Positions 37,109-47,759 of a DNA stretch of 64,000 nucleotides are shown here, piece by piece (the first letter of the stretch is position 1; each line of letters begins with the position of its first letter). The notes beneath the pieces were generated by a model. That model did no database searches and was not told the DNA's origin. It saw only the letters and a list, made by a program, of their open reading frames with translations. Source of the stretch: an uncultured Desulfosarcina sp. (GTDB taxonomy: Bacteria > Desulfobacterota > Desulfobacteria > Desulfobacterales > Desulfosarcinaceae); NCBI GenBank assembly GCA_963674945.2, contig CAXXWQ010000004.1, positions 1,632,001 through 1,696,000 on the forward strand. The letters are read 5' to 3'. The position numbers and the translations under genes are program-made.

Positions 37109-39655
37109 TTAGGCCCAGGTCAGCAACCCGGGCCGAAACCGTATCCAGGCATCGGCATTGGGTGTTACCCGTACCGTAAAACCGTACCGACCGGAATCGG
37201 TGCAGGGCAGATGGCAACTGTACAGATATGTGCCTTTGGCTTTTTCCTGTTTGACGCTCATGGTCTTCACCTGGGGGTCATCGATGCGGTCCAGATGGTG
37301 GATTTTTCCATAGTAAAGCTCCACATTCAACTCTTCGGGCGTCAACTCTCCGGTGTCGACGACCGCCGTCACCTCGAAGGACTGGTTCACCCGGAACGGT
37401 CCCTTCGCATTGCGAACGGGCTGCGCCACCTTAATCTGCGGCCATTTTTCCTGATAGCGCTGATGCTGCCGGCTCAGTCGTTGTGCCCTCGCCCCGCCAT
37501 CGGCGACCAACTGGTCGAATTGACCGCTGGCGGGCAGGTAGAACCGCTCTTCATATTCGGAAATCATACGCAGACTACAAAACTGGGACATGGCCATGGC
37601 CATGGAGGCCTTCATCATCTTGAGCCATTGCCTGGAGGTGCCCCCGGCGGTACGGTCGTAATACAGCGGCGCGACTTCATTCTCGATGAGGTTGTACAGT
37701 GCCTGACTCTCCACCACATCCTGATAGTTGTGGTCACTGTACTCCTCACCGTTTCCGATGCACCAGCCCCGGTCGGGATTGTACCCTTCACACCACCAGC
37801 CGTCCAGGATGCTCACATTGAGAACTCCATTCAAGGCGGCTTTCATTCCCGAAGTACCGCACGCCTCCATGGGGCGGCGGGGGGTGTTGAGCCATACGTC
37901 GGCCCCCTGCACCAGGCATCGTGCGATATACATGTCGTAATCTTCGAGAAAGATGAAACGGTGGCGCAGATTGGTACGCCTTCCGAAATCCACCAGGCTG
38001 CGGATGATCCCCTTGCCCTCATTGTCCTTGGGGTGGGCTTTTCCAGCAAAGATAAACTGGACGGGCCGATCCTTGGAATTGATGATGGCTTCCAATCGAT
38101 CGGGATCCTGAAACAACAGATGTGCCCTTTTGTATGTGGCAAAACGCCTGGCAAACGCAATGGTAAGGGTGTCCTGATCCAGCACCGACTCCACCGCCTT
38201 CATGATATGAAGCGGAGCATTGCGGCGACCGTATTGACGGAACATGAGCGCCCGCACGGTGCGAATCAGGCGGGAACGACACATCTCATGGGCCTGCCAC
38301 AACTCCTCGTCGAAGATGTCTGCGATGCGGCCGGCATTTTCCGGGATGGTCGACCCCATGTTCCACTGGGGCCCCAGATACCGTTCGAACAACCGTTGTA
38401 TCTCCGGGGCCAGCACTGTTGGGATATGGACACCGTTGGTGACGTGGGTGATGGGCGTTTCGTCCTTTGATCGGTTGGGCCAGATGTGGGACCACATGGC
38501 CCTGGCCACCTTTCCGTGAAGTTCACTCACGCCGTTGATATACTGTGCGGTGTGCAGCCCAAGGATAAACATGGAGAAGGCGGATTCCGGCGGTGCGCCA
38601 TCCGGTTGACCCAGTTGCACCAGCTGATCCACGCTCAGGTTTAGCGCGGATTCGTAGGGTTTTAAATAAGGCTTGACCATTGCGGGCGGGAACTCGTCGT
38701 GTCCTGCGGCCACCGGCGTGTGGGTTGTGAAGACCGAGGTGCGCGGCACGATCTCCTGGGCCGTCTTAAAATCCAGGTTGTATTGGTCCATCACCTGACG
38801 AAGCCGCTCCAGTCCGACAAATGCACAATGTCCCTCGTTCATGTGGGTGACCGTTGGATGAATGCCCATGGCCTCCAGCGCGCGCAAGCCGCCGATTCCG
38901 AGCAACACCTCCTGTGCAAGCCGGACGTGCTGCTCGCCGGAGTAGAGCCTCGCGGTGATTTCCCGGATTTCCGGTGAATTCTCCGGCAAATTGGTGTCCA
39001 GCAAATACAAGGGAACGCGTCCTACGAGGATCTGCCACACTTGGGCATGAATATCCTTACCGATATCGGTGAGGTGGATCACCAGGTCCTTTCCCTTTTT
39101 GTCCTTCACCTTGAACAGGGGCAGGTGATACAAGTCGGTCTCCGGGTAGCTCTCCTGCTGCCACCCGTCTCTGTCCAGGTACTGGCTGAAATATCCTTGC
39201 CGGTATAAAAGCCCGACGGCCACCATCGGGATCTTCACGCTCGAAGCGGCCTTGAGATGGTCACCGGCGAGTATCCCCAATCCGCCGGCGAAGAGGGGCA
39301 GGGTCTCGTGAATGCCGAACTCCATGGAAAAATAGGCCACGATCTCCCCTTTGTTCCATGGGCTTTCACCGTTGGTTTTTCCATCGATCTGCCTCTCGTA
39401 AAGCTCTTTCACCCGGGCCACGTGTGCCAGGTAACTGTCATCGTGGGACAGTTCCTCCCACCGCTCCTGGGGAATGGAAGTGGCAAAAGCGATGGGATTT
39501 CGACCCGACGCCTCCCACAGCTTCGGGTCCACGCGCCGGAACAATTCCACGGCATCCCGATTCCAGCACCACCAGAGGTTGCGAAGCAGGGTTTCCATAA
39601 ACGTCAGGGAATCGGGAATATCGGGAAAGACCTGAAATGTTTGTAGTTGTCTCAT
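37109..39655 (-). CDS. glgP: Alpha-glucan phosphorylase (GT35)
   Basis: YFSMEFG, GGLGILAGD, HMNEGH, RRFATYKR, EACGTSGMK. Confidence 0.96.
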   Translation of the reverse strand: MRQLQTFQVFPDIPDSLTFMETLLRNLWWCWNRDAVELFRRVDPKLWEASGRNPIAFATSIPQERWEELSHDDSYLAHVARVKELYERQIDGKTNGESPWNKGEIVAYFSMEFGIHETLPLFAGGLGILAGDHLKAASSVKIPMVAVGLLYRQGYFSQYLDRDGWQQESYPETDLYHLPLFKVKDKKGKDLVIHLTDIGKDIHAQVWQILVGRVPLYLLDTNLPENSPEIREITARLYSGEQHVRLAQEVLLGIGGLRALEAMGIHPTVTHMNEGHCAFVGLERLRQVMDQYNLDFKTAQEIVPRTSVFTTHTPVAAGHDEFPPAMVKPYLKPYESALNLSVDQLVQLGQPDGAPPESAFSMFILGLHTAQYINGVSELHGKVARAMWSHIWPNRSKDETPITHVTNGVHIPTVLAPEIQRLFERYLGPQWNMGSTIPENAGRIADIFDEELWQAHEMCRSRLIRTVRALMFRQYGRRNAPLHIMKAVESVLDQDTLTIAFARRFATYKRAHLLFQDPDRLEAIINSKDRPVQFIFAGKAHPKDNEGKGIIRSLVDFGRRTNLRHRFIFLEDYDMYIARCLVQGADVWLNTPRRPMEACGTSGMKAALNGVLNVSILDGWWCEGYNPDRGWCIGNGEEYSDHNYQDVVESQALYNLIENEVAPLYYDRTAGGTSRQWLKMMKASMAMAMSQFCSLRMISEYEERFYLPASGQFDQLVADGGARAQRLSRQHQRYQEKWPQIKVAQPVRNAKGPFRVNQSFEVTAVVDTGELTPEELNVELYYGKIHHLDRIDDPQVKTMSVKQEKAKGTYLYSCHLPCTDSGRYGFTVRVTPNADAWIRFRPGLLTWA

Positions 39656-39707
39656 ACAAGATACCTCGTTGATCCGTCATTTGGCTCGAACTCGTAATCT
39701 TCTTTGG

Positions 39708-40022
39708 CTATACCGCCACGACCGAATTTTCACAATCGCCAAAATCGCTTTTCACATATTCATCCGCTTTCCAATCGTTCTCCCAACGGTTCTGATCGAT
39801 GAGGTAACGGAATTGGTAGCTGCGCCCCGGCACCAGTTCGATGACCACGGTAAATTCACCATTTTTCAGACGCCGCATGGGAGTCTTTACCGTACTCCAG
39901 CCGTTGAATTCACCAACGATATGGACGGTCTTCGCATCCGGTGCGGCGTTTTTGGGAAGCCGGAAGGTCACTTTACATCCGTTTCTGCTCTTTAGATATT
40001 GTTTTTTTAAACTCACTTGCAA
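39708..40022 (-). CDS. Stand-alone CBM48/isoamylase early-set domain protein
   Basis: VTFRLP, VGEFNGW, YQFRYLID, NSVV. Confidence 0.9.
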   Translation of the reverse strand: MQVSLKKQYLKSRNGCKVTFRLPKNAAPDAKTVHIVGEFNGWSTVKTPMRRLKNGEFTVVIELVPGRSYQFRYLIDQNRWENDWKADEYVKSDFGDCENSVVAV

Positions 40023-40069
40023 CCTCCTATTGATTTGATGAATTCCTGACGGTTGTTCATCCGGAGAAC

Positions 40070-43000
40070 CTAACCATTTGAACCCGCATTTTTATTTGTT
40101 CTTTTTATCTCTTCAATGGCAATCCAGACTCGGAGCAGTTCGCTCACACCCCATGCCTGGGCATCGCAGCCGCGTTGATGATGGGGTGCATCCCCATCCA
40201 CGATCTCCGGCATGTGGCCTACGCAACCGTCGTTGATCAACCGTACGGCACTGGCCAGCCAACTGAGGGCCGTTTCGCATTCACCGGGGCCGAAACAAAG
40301 GGCCCATGCCTCGCAAAAACTGGGAAATACCCAGGTCCATGCCGTTCCGTTGTGATAAGCCGGTTTCCGGCTCGTGTCCTCATCACCCCCATAAATGCCA
40401 ACATAAGGCGCATTGGGGTCGTTGACCAGATTGCCGTCGTGATAAATCGGCAGGGGCGGCGCCACGGGTCGATCCGCGAGGCTCCGGATGGCGCCGGGAA
40501 CGATCAATTCCTGACAGGCGAAAAGGATGTGCTCGGCCATGGCGCGGTCCGTGATGGTTCCCAGGGTGAGGGCGAAAAGCTGATTGGGCCGAAGGGCGTT
40601 GTCGGGCACTGCTTCGGCCGCCGGCGTTCCAGGCTGGGCGTGGAGACAATCGGACAGATACCCGCGCGCCTGGTCGAAGAAAAGTTTTTCCACGGATCGG
40701 CGGACCTGCCGGGCAAGATGCTGCCATCGTTCCCGATGGGCCTTTTCGTCTTCCCGTCCGAGATACGCCAGTGCCCCATGCCACAGCGCCTGAATCTCCA
40801 CGGGATACCCCATCCGAGGGGTGCCGGCCGGATAGTTGGTATCCATCCAGGTGAAGTGGGAGGGGCTGAAGAGAAGCGCACTCTGGGCATCCATGGCGAT
40901 GCCGTTGGGGGTGCCGGCCACCATTGCCCGGGCGATCTCGTGCAGCACCCTTCGCAGGGGGCGCCCCTTGCAGTCGGTGTCGAGAACCCGGCGTTGCCCC
41001 ATTTCCCTGCCCAGTTCGTCGCACACCCGAAAGAGCCACAGCGGCGCGTCGGAGGTATCCCGGTTGCCCGTGTCATTCCCTCGGATCATGTTGGGAATGG
41101 TTCCTTCGGATGCGAAGGACGCGAACTGCAAGATGATGGAGAGTGCATCCGACAGGTGTCCGGCGGCGATGATGCCCCGAACCACGATGAGCGTATCCCG
41201 TCCCCAATCCAGAAACCACGGGTACCCGGCGATCACGGTCTGGTATTCATCACGTCTGACGATATACTGATCCAGGGCCTTTTTCAAGGCATCGACCGGT
41301 GGTTCCCACGAAGGTGAGGCATCAAAGAACCAATGAAGAGGATCCGTGGCATCTTTTCCTTCGCTTTCGACCGCCGTTTCCTCTCCCAATACCCGAGCGA
41401 AGAGGACTTCGCTCTTGCCACCGGCCAGTGATCCGGAAAAATAGCCGGGGCTGAAAAGATCCGAATCAGGGTCCTGACCCCGCTGCGCCTCCTGCGAGCG
41501 GTGAACCATGTAGTGCCATTCCGGTTCAGGGAAAAAGTCGGCCAGACTGGTTTGTAAGGACAATGCGTGTCCCGGCGTGGGTTGAAAGACAAAACCCTTT
41601 TCCTGCGGTTGAATCGCGGCGGGAAATTCTTTTTCGGGACCGGTGAATGCCTTTGTCAATTCGTGGAAGTTACGGTCCTCGATGTCCGGACGCAGGATGA
41701 GGGTCACCGGCCGGTCGTCGGCCAGACGATCCGCCAGCCCATTGGCCGGGTCACGGTGAAAGACCATCTGGATGGCGTTTTTCCCCTGGATCATCCGGAT
41801 GCCGACACGCAACACCACGTGCTGCCCCTGTCCCGACGGAATGTGATACTGCCAGCTTGCCCGACCATCGAAATCGAACCCGAAACCATCCAGACAGTCG
41901 GGCCCGATCTCCTGGGAAAAGCCCTGGTACACCACCCATCCGCGCAGGCGGGTGAGAAGAATGCACCGATCTTCGGGGACCGACGGGCTCAGGTTGGCAG
42001 CAAGCAGGGCGTCGTAGCGACTGACCAGCCGGTTCCAGTGGGCGTGTGCCCGGCACATCCCCCCCCGCTTGTTGGTGCCCAACATATGGATGGTGGAAAG
42101 ATGCCGTTTCGGCCGGGCGAAGGTCTTTCTCACCCGAACACGACGGGCCGTTGTCAGGTAGAGCAAAGGGGCATTGTGGTGAACAGCGCCTTTGGGGTCG
42201 AAGACGGACAGCTTCAAGGTTCTCGATTTATGCCGACCGGGCCGCGGTAGGGGTGAGAAGAGAACGAAAGATCGTCCCCTTGCATCCAGAAAGCTCTCTT
42301 CCACTGCCATGACCGTCGCATTTTCCACGACGGCAGCCCGGAACGGATGGTCGACCCGCACGAGGAGAAAATGATCCGGCGGCACCATCACCTCCCGCCT
42401 GAGATCCACGGGGAACCGCCACAGAACGGTTCGCGCCGTTTCGCCCTCCGGGTTCATCCATTTGCAGAAGTCCAGGGGGGAAGCCCGCAGTCGACCGGCC
42501 GCCTCATCTACATCCCACGATCCCAGGTCCCCCACGCCCCGGTAGTAGCGCCACACCGAAAGGACTTTGGCCCGGAGCCGCTGCCGCCGGCTTCTTTCCG
42601 GATAGCGGGGAAACCTCTTTTGCGTCTCGATCACCGGCGTCAATTCCCCCGGGTCATCGGTGAGACAAAGCACCTGGCCCGGCGAAAGCGCCACTTTCGC
42701 CATTGCCCCGTCTTCCAGAACGGTAATCTGCGCCCCGGTGATCAGGTCCATGACCGAATCAGAATGTAAAGGGGAACGCTCTTTCAACCAACCGGCCTCG
42801 GTCGGGACATGGGCATCGAGGTTGACGGCCACGAGAAGTCCCTTTCCATGGGATTTCCACCGGCGGGCCGCGCAGATGACGTTTCCCGGGCCATGCTGAA
42901 TCATCTCCACCGCGACCGGGTGAAAAAAGGCCGGATGGGCCGAAAGCAAAGCATTGAGCCGTCGGATGTGATCCACCTGATTGTCCGAAGCGCCCCAATT

Positions 43001-44398
43001 CAGCGAAGGCGAATTGTGAACATTGATCTTTTCCGTTGCCAGCCATTCCACGCCGTTGGCAAAACCGAATCCTCCCTGTTCGGAGAGCAGCGCGCAAAGG
43101 GCGCATCGCATGCGGGCGTAAGTTTTCGAAGTAGCGGCCAGGCGAAGATTGTCATGGGTTTCGGCAAAATGGATGGTTGTTCCGTCGGACCTGGCGATCT
43201 CCATTGCACCGGGAAGGTAGTGCTCGATCTGCCCCCGTTCGTAATTTTGGAACAATTCACTGTAAGCCCAGTTGAAATCAGCCCGATTGAGAAGATCACG
43301 GGTGACGGAGATCTTTCCTCCCAGACCTTCCAGCAGGAAGATCGCATTGGGAAACTGGTCCCGGACCTTTGCGATCATATAGCGCCAGGCCGCCACGGGG
43401 ATCATGTAACCGGCATCGCACCGGAAACCGTCCACACCTCGCCGGCACCAGGTGAGAAATACATCGGCCATATACTGCCACAGTTCCCGGTGGGAGTAGT
43501 CCAGGCGGGTCAGGTCCGCCCAGACCACGCCCCAGGCACCGGGGTTTTCGATCTGGCCGTCCGGTTCCCGGGAAAGCCATTGGGGATGGGTTTCGTGGAG
43601 ACTGGCGGCCCAACCGGTATGGTTGATGGCGATATCGATAAACACCCGTGCCCCCTTGGCGTGGACGGCATCCACCAGCTCGATGAACTGCTCCAACGGG
43701 GTGGCCTTGGGATCGAATTCGGCCAGGGCAGGATCCACGGCGGTGAAACTCAAAGCCGCGTAGGGGCTGCCGAACCGGCCCATGCGCGCATAGGTGGTGG
43801 GGGTGGGATGAATGGGTAGAAGCTGAATGATCCGGCATCCCAGGTGGTCGATGATAAAATCCAGTTCCCCGATCAGATCCCGGAATGTTCCAGAGGGGGG
43901 AATGACCGTGTAGCCGGTCTCGTCCAGGTCCTTGACCCGTCGGTCCACGCTTTCCAGGCCGCCACTCTTGTTGGGACCGAATTGCCGAACGAAGGCGTTG
44001 TAGATGATGTTGGCGCAGCAGGCATCGGCCGGCGCCACGTTGATGGCGGTGTTGTCTCCTCTGGGCCACAGGGGATCGGTGCTGTCCGGTCTCAGGAAAT
44101 ACCCCTTGGCCTCGAAGTGCCCCACTTCGGTCAGGACGACGGTGAGGGTGAAGCAACCCTTCTTTCCACGGGTCATGGGAATATCGTACCAGGACCGGCC
44201 CAGTGGGTTTTCCAGCCGGTCCACCTGCCGGACGATCTCTCTTCGCACGCTTCGGCAATGCCCCAGGCTCGTCCTGAGCCAGGCCTGACCTTCCCACGCT
44301 TCGGGAACCGTCAGATGAAAGGTAACCGTGTCGCCGGCAAAATGAAGCTGCCTTTCGCCGGGCTCCGGAAACTGTCGGATGGCATCGGATTGGACCAT
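40070..44398 (-). CDS. Bifunctional-type glycogen debranching enzyme (GH13 domain fused to amylo-alpha-1,6-glucosidase)
   Basis: GH13 motifs (DIAINH, GFRCDAGY, ETHD); C-terminal IAGYPWFLDWGRD, TWMD, RPNQ, YHNG..W, AQAWG. Confidence 0.9.
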   Translation of the reverse strand: MVQSDAIRQFPEPGERQLHFAGDTVTFHLTVPEAWEGQAWLRTSLGHCRSVRREIVRQVDRLENPLGRSWYDIPMTRGKKGCFTLTVVLTEVGHFEAKGYFLRPDSTDPLWPRGDNTAINVAPADACCANIIYNAFVRQFGPNKSGGLESVDRRVKDLDETGYTVIPPSGTFRDLIGELDFIIDHLGCRIIQLLPIHPTPTTYARMGRFGSPYAALSFTAVDPALAEFDPKATPLEQFIELVDAVHAKGARVFIDIAINHTGWAASLHETHPQWLSREPDGQIENPGAWGVVWADLTRLDYSHRELWQYMADVFLTWCRRGVDGFRCDAGYMIPVAAWRYMIAKVRDQFPNAIFLLEGLGGKISVTRDLLNRADFNWAYSELFQNYERGQIEHYLPGAMEIARSDGTTIHFAETHDNLRLAATSKTYARMRCALCALLSEQGGFGFANGVEWLATEKINVHNSPSLNWGASDNQVDHIRRLNALLSAHPAFFHPVAVEMIQHGPGNVICAARRWKSHGKGLLVAVNLDAHVPTEAGWLKERSPLHSDSVMDLITGAQITVLEDGAMAKVALSPGQVLCLTDDPGELTPVIETQKRFPRYPERSRRQRLRAKVLSVWRYYRGVGDLGSWDVDEAAGRLRASPLDFCKWMNPEGETARTVLWRFPVDLRREVMVPPDHFLLVRVDHPFRAAVVENATVMAVEESFLDARGRSFVLFSPLPRPGRHKSRTLKLSVFDPKGAVHHNAPLLYLTTARRVRVRKTFARPKRHLSTIHMLGTNKRGGMCRAHAHWNRLVSRYDALLAANLSPSVPEDRCILLTRLRGWVVYQGFSQEIGPDCLDGFGFDFDGRASWQYHIPSGQGQHVVLRVGIRMIQGKNAIQMVFHRDPANGLADRLADDRPVTLILRPDIEDRNFHELTKAFTGPEKEFPAAIQPQEKGFVFQPTPGHALSLQTSLADFFPEPEWHYMVHRSQEAQRGQDPDSDLFSPGYFSGSLAGGKSEVLFARVLGEETAVESEGKDATDPLHWFFDASPSWEPPVDALKKALDQYIVRRDEYQTVIAGYPWFLDWGRDTLIVVRGIIAAGHLSDALSIILQFASFASEGTIPNMIRGNDTGNRDTSDAPLWLFRVCDELGREMGQRRVLDTDCKGRPLRRVLHEIARAMVAGTPNGIAMDAQSALLFSPSHFTWMDTNYPAGTPRMGYPVEIQALWHGALAYLGREDEKAHRERWQHLARQVRRSVEKLFFDQARGYLSDCLHAQPGTPAAEAVPDNALRPNQLFALTLGTITDRAMAEHILFACQELIVPGAIRSLADRPVAPPLPIYHDGNLVNDPNAPYVGIYGGDEDTSRKPAYHNGTAWTWVFPSFCEAWALCFGPGECETALSWLASAVRLINDGCVGHMPEIVDGDAPHHQRGCDAQAWGVSELLRVWIAIEEIKRTNKNAGSNG

Positions 44399-44449
44399 GG
44401 CTGGAACCCTCGTCTATCGTAAAATCGTACTGATAAAACAAAACATAGG

Positions 44450-44615
44450 GATTTGAACATCGAATTTCCAACATCGAACGTGGAATAAGGAATTTTGTCT
44501 TTTTGATAAAAACGATGGAGCGAAGCGATCGTATATTTGGACGTTCGATGTTCAATGCTCGTTGTTTTTAAAGATCTACTTTCTGAAATATTGTCTCACC
44601 GGATCGGTTTGAACC
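44450..44615. repeat. Intergenic repeat family B, copy 2
   Basis: Shares the 30-bp core, heptamer arms and attgtctc.ccggatc tail with 16145-16355. Confidence 0.8.
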
Positions 44616-44676
44616 TTTTCGGGTCGATCGGACCTGGCCCGTGATGCAATGAGTTGCAATGCAATCGCCTACCCCC

Positions 44677-45996
44677 TCATCGCCGTACCAACCGCATGGC
44701 AAAAAGCACCCCTGTCACCAGGAAAAGGCCCGCCGCCAGGGTCAGCGGGAATCCAACGAAGGTCTCTTTAAAAACCAGGTTCTCTACATCCTGCACGCCA
44801 GCCATGTCTACGCCTTTTTTCTGCATCGCCAAACCCCAGGCATACACCATACCGATAAGTCCATAGCTTATGTTGAAAGCCAATCCCTTGAAACTGAGTA
44901 CCGTTGCCCGATGGGACGATTCGGTATGCCCGTTGATGAAATAGCTGACAAAAAAACCCACCATGGAAAGGGCCGAAAAGGCCACCAGTGCCGGTGCCAC
45001 TCCCACATAAGGCCAGAAGAAGGCCATTGTTGTCAAACCGCAAAGGGCCACGGCCGCCGTCGATACGAGGCAAAAGGTCGCCGATCGCCGCTGTGCAATG
45101 AAATGGGCCAGACGGGGAATGAAGAGCCCGACCAGGGCCATGACCGAACCCAGCACGCCAAAAATCGACTCGGGTAATTGTATCATGCGATAGTACTGGC
45201 TGGCCAGGGTTATGACCATGCGAAGCAGTCCGTCCAGCAACATGCCGAACAGGATCACGGCCAGAACGAAGGGTGTGTGCAATATCCATCGACCCGAGGC
45301 CAAGGTGAGCCTGAACGCCCCCCATACACTTCCGTCCGTGTCCCCATCGTCCGCATCGCGATTTGGGGATCGTTCACCGGTCTCCGTAAGCCGCAGGACG
45401 GCAGCCATGGAAAAAAGGGATAGAACAAAGGTAAGGTAGAGGGGAAACCGAAGGGTGTCGGCCTGGGTGACGATTCGATCCGAACCGAATATTGCCATGA
45501 CCCGTGTCACCAGACTCGGATCATAGATGGCGGCGCCAGCGGTCATGGCGAAAATGAATGCAACCGATCGCATGCGCATCTCCATGTCCAGAACGCGTCC
45601 CCACTGGTCAGCCATCTTCCTTTCCTGCAGGGCATCGTAGGCGATGGCCTCGTCTGCGCCGCTGGCAGCCGCCTCGGCAAGACCGCTGAGCACGCGGTTG
45701 ACCGAGAAAAAGAGAAACAGGACATTGACATTTCCCCGTGGCGCCAGGCAGAGGACCGCCATCTCCACCACCATGCATGCGGCGGCAAAAATCAGCAGCC
45801 GGCGCCGCCCCACGATATCGGCCAGGGCCCCGGACGGCACTTCGGCGAGTACGATGGTTGCCGCCCAGATGGCATTGAGAATGGAAAACTGGGCTATGGT
45901 AAGACCGAAATCCAGAAACAGCACCGTAAAGATCGGATAGTAGAACCGACAATTGAAAAACACGCGAAAGGCGATGTACATGCGTACGTTCTTCAC
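44677..45996 (-). CDS. MFS transporter
   Basis: EVPSGALADIVGRR motif A, SGADEA, multiple TM helices. Confidence 0.9.
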   Translation of the reverse strand: MKNVRMYIAFRVFFNCRFYYPIFTVLFLDFGLTIAQFSILNAIWAATIVLAEVPSGALADIVGRRRLLIFAAACMVVEMAVLCLAPRGNVNVLFLFFSVNRVLSGLAEAAASGADEAIAYDALQERKMADQWGRVLDMEMRMRSVAFIFAMTAGAAIYDPSLVTRVMAIFGSDRIVTQADTLRFPLYLTFVLSLFSMAAVLRLTETGERSPNRDADDGDTDGSVWGAFRLTLASGRWILHTPFVLAVILFGMLLDGLLRMVITLASQYYRMIQLPESIFGVLGSVMALVGLFIPRLAHFIAQRRSATFCLVSTAAVALCGLTTMAFFWPYVGVAPALVAFSALSMVGFFVSYFINGHTESSHRATVLSFKGLAFNISYGLIGMVYAWGLAMQKKGVDMAGVQDVENLVFKETFVGFPLTLAAGLFLVTGVLFAMRLVRR

Positions 45997-46109
45997 CGCA
46001 AATGGCGAGGTCGTGGCAAAGCTGGCGGCTTCTGGTTTCAGGGTGCTATCCTTTGTTTCGATGGTCCAAGGCAGAAAAAGAGGATGTATTCACATGATGG
46101 GGGCAAAAA

Positions 46110-46138
46110 TTGACAAAATCAAGGCAGGTTCATACTAT
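46110..46138 (+). promoter_or_regulatory. Sigma70 promoter for the cupin gene
   Basis: TTGACA-17-TACTAT. Confidence 0.6.
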
Positions 46139-46197
46139 TTCATGAAAAAATAACACCTGCTCCGGGCTGAAAACCAATTTACCCGAAAGGATCATCC

Positions 46198-46557
46198 ATG
46201 CTCACGAAAATCCGTCAGCCAAGCATCATCGAAGCCCACGGCACCAAGGCCAAACGAATCGAGGAATATATCGGCCGGGTCAACTCCGGGACCGCTTCGG
46301 TAAGCGTCGCCCGCATGGTGTCGCCGCCCGGGTGGATGGAGCCCGGCCAGCGGCCGGCGTTCGCCGAATACACCGTCGTTCTCAAGGGCCGACTGCGTGT
46401 CGAGGCCGAAGACGAAATCATGGATATCCGGGCCGGTGAAGCGGTCATTGCACCTGCCGGCCAGTGGGTGCGCTACAGCACGCCGGAACCGGAAGGCGCC
46501 GAATATATCGCCGTCTGCCTGCCCGCCTTTTCACCGGAAACGGTTCATCGGGAATGA
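46198..46557 (+). CDS. Cupin-domain protein
   Basis: EPGQRPAFAEYTVVLKG, GEAVI, VRYSTP. Confidence 0.85.
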   Translation: MLTKIRQPSIIEAHGTKAKRIEEYIGRVNSGTASVSVARMVSPPGWMEPGQRPAFAEYTVVLKGRLRVEAEDEIMDIRAGEAVIAPAGQWVRYSTPEPEGAEYIAVCLPAFSPETVHRE

Positions 46558-46573
46558 TTTCATGATTCTATTG

Positions 46574-46826
46574 GCTCACGCGAAGATGCGAAGCCGCTAA
46601 GAAATGAATGTATAACATTCCGGGTCTCCAGAGCACCCGATGTTGGACTTTTTTGGGAAGGGTGGGGAAAGGCTACAGTTTTTATGGTGGTAAAAAAGTA
46701 TAGTAATCTCACGCAAAGACCTTTAGATGCCAAGAGAGAAAACGTACCAAACGCCCCTCTTCGCGTTCTCCGCGCCTTCGCGTGAGTTCCTGGTTTTATC
46801 CGTGTCGTTGCGTCTTCGCGTGAGAC
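46574..46826. repeat. Short-unit inverted repeat cluster (ctcacgc.aag / cttcgcgtgag)
   Basis: ctcacgcgaag near 46575 and ctcacgcaaag near 46708, opposed by cttcgcgtgag near 46776 and 46814. Confidence 0.65.
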
Positions 46827-46836
46827 CCTGTCTCGG

Positions 46837-47109
46837 TTATACCGCTTCCCTCAATTTTTTGCCGGCTTTGAATTTGACCACATTGCGAGCCGCGATGCGG
46901 ATCGGTTCGCCGGTCATGGGATTTCTCCCCATATGTTCTTCGCGGTGGTTTTTCAAAAAAGTTCCGAAGCCGGGCAGGGTAACCTTGCCCTTATCGATGG
47001 AAAGGGCCTTGGTGATTCCCCCGATCAGGGATTGCATGGCTTCACGGGCCGCCTGGTCGGAAATTCCGGCATCCTTGGCTATCTGTTTGATCAATTCGGA
47101 TTTGTTCAT
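46837..47109 (-). CDS. HU-family DNA-binding protein
   Basis: MNKSELI, GFGTF, GRNPMTGE, VKFKAGKKL. Confidence 0.93.
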   Translation of the reverse strand: MNKSELIKQIAKDAGISDQAAREAMQSLIGGITKALSIDKGKVTLPGFGTFLKNHREEHMGRNPMTGEPIRIAARNVVKFKAGKKLREAV

Positions 47110-47292
47110 TTTTATCGCTCCTATTGGATATGATGTTTTAAAAGGTTGATAAGAAAGAATGAGAATTCCGGGTTCTTGTTCTGAATTCAGGCTCCTGAAT
47201 TCCCGAAGCAATACCTCTGAACTGAATAGTATAACTCTTTGCGTCTTTGCATGAGATATCTTATGGCAGCAGAAATGAATCCGGTGCGTCTT

Positions 47293-47655
47293 CTACCCGA
47301 CGCTTCTTTCGTAGGCTTCACGACGACTCTTGCATGCAATGCAATAGCTGGTCACCGGCCTTGCCTTGAGGCGCTCGATGGGGATCGGCTCCTCACAATC
47401 CTGGCAGATTCCGTAGGTGCCCTCCTCGATGGCTTCCAGGCTGGATTTAATCTTTTTGATCAGGCGGCTTTCCCGGCTTCGTATCCGATACATGCCGTCG
47501 CGGCCATTATCGATAGTAGCCCGGTCCAAGGGATCCGGTTCCCCATCCGAGGATGTCCCCAGTATCTCCAGGACGGTGGTTTCCGCCTTGGCGAGCAAAA
47601 GCGTCAACTCATCCTCTAGCAATTGACGAAACATTTCCAACTCTTCTGGTGTCAT
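47293..47655 (-). CDS. dksA: DksA/TraR family C4 zinc-finger protein
   Basis: DPLDRA coiled-coil tip, YGICQDC...RL..RP....CIAC. Confidence 0.88.
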   Translation of the reverse strand: MTPEELEMFRQLLEDELTLLLAKAETTVLEILGTSSDGEPDPLDRATIDNGRDGMYRIRSRESRLIKKIKSSLEAIEEGTYGICQDCEEPIPIERLKARPVTSYCIACKSRREAYERSVG

Positions 47656-47759
47656 ATCAAACCGTTCGGTTTTGAAGAGAAATCCGTATTAGAGATCGAT
47701 TTTACAGCCAAAACGCCATCACCAACGCGGGCAAGACACTGTCGACTCGTTGATTTCCT

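Noticed and set aside
36371..38470. 699-aa plus-strand ORF and other long antisense ORFs (e.g. 991-1962, 33469-34833, 40175-41317)
   Set aside because: They are shadows of well-supported opposite-strand genes in GC-rich coding DNA and have no motifs
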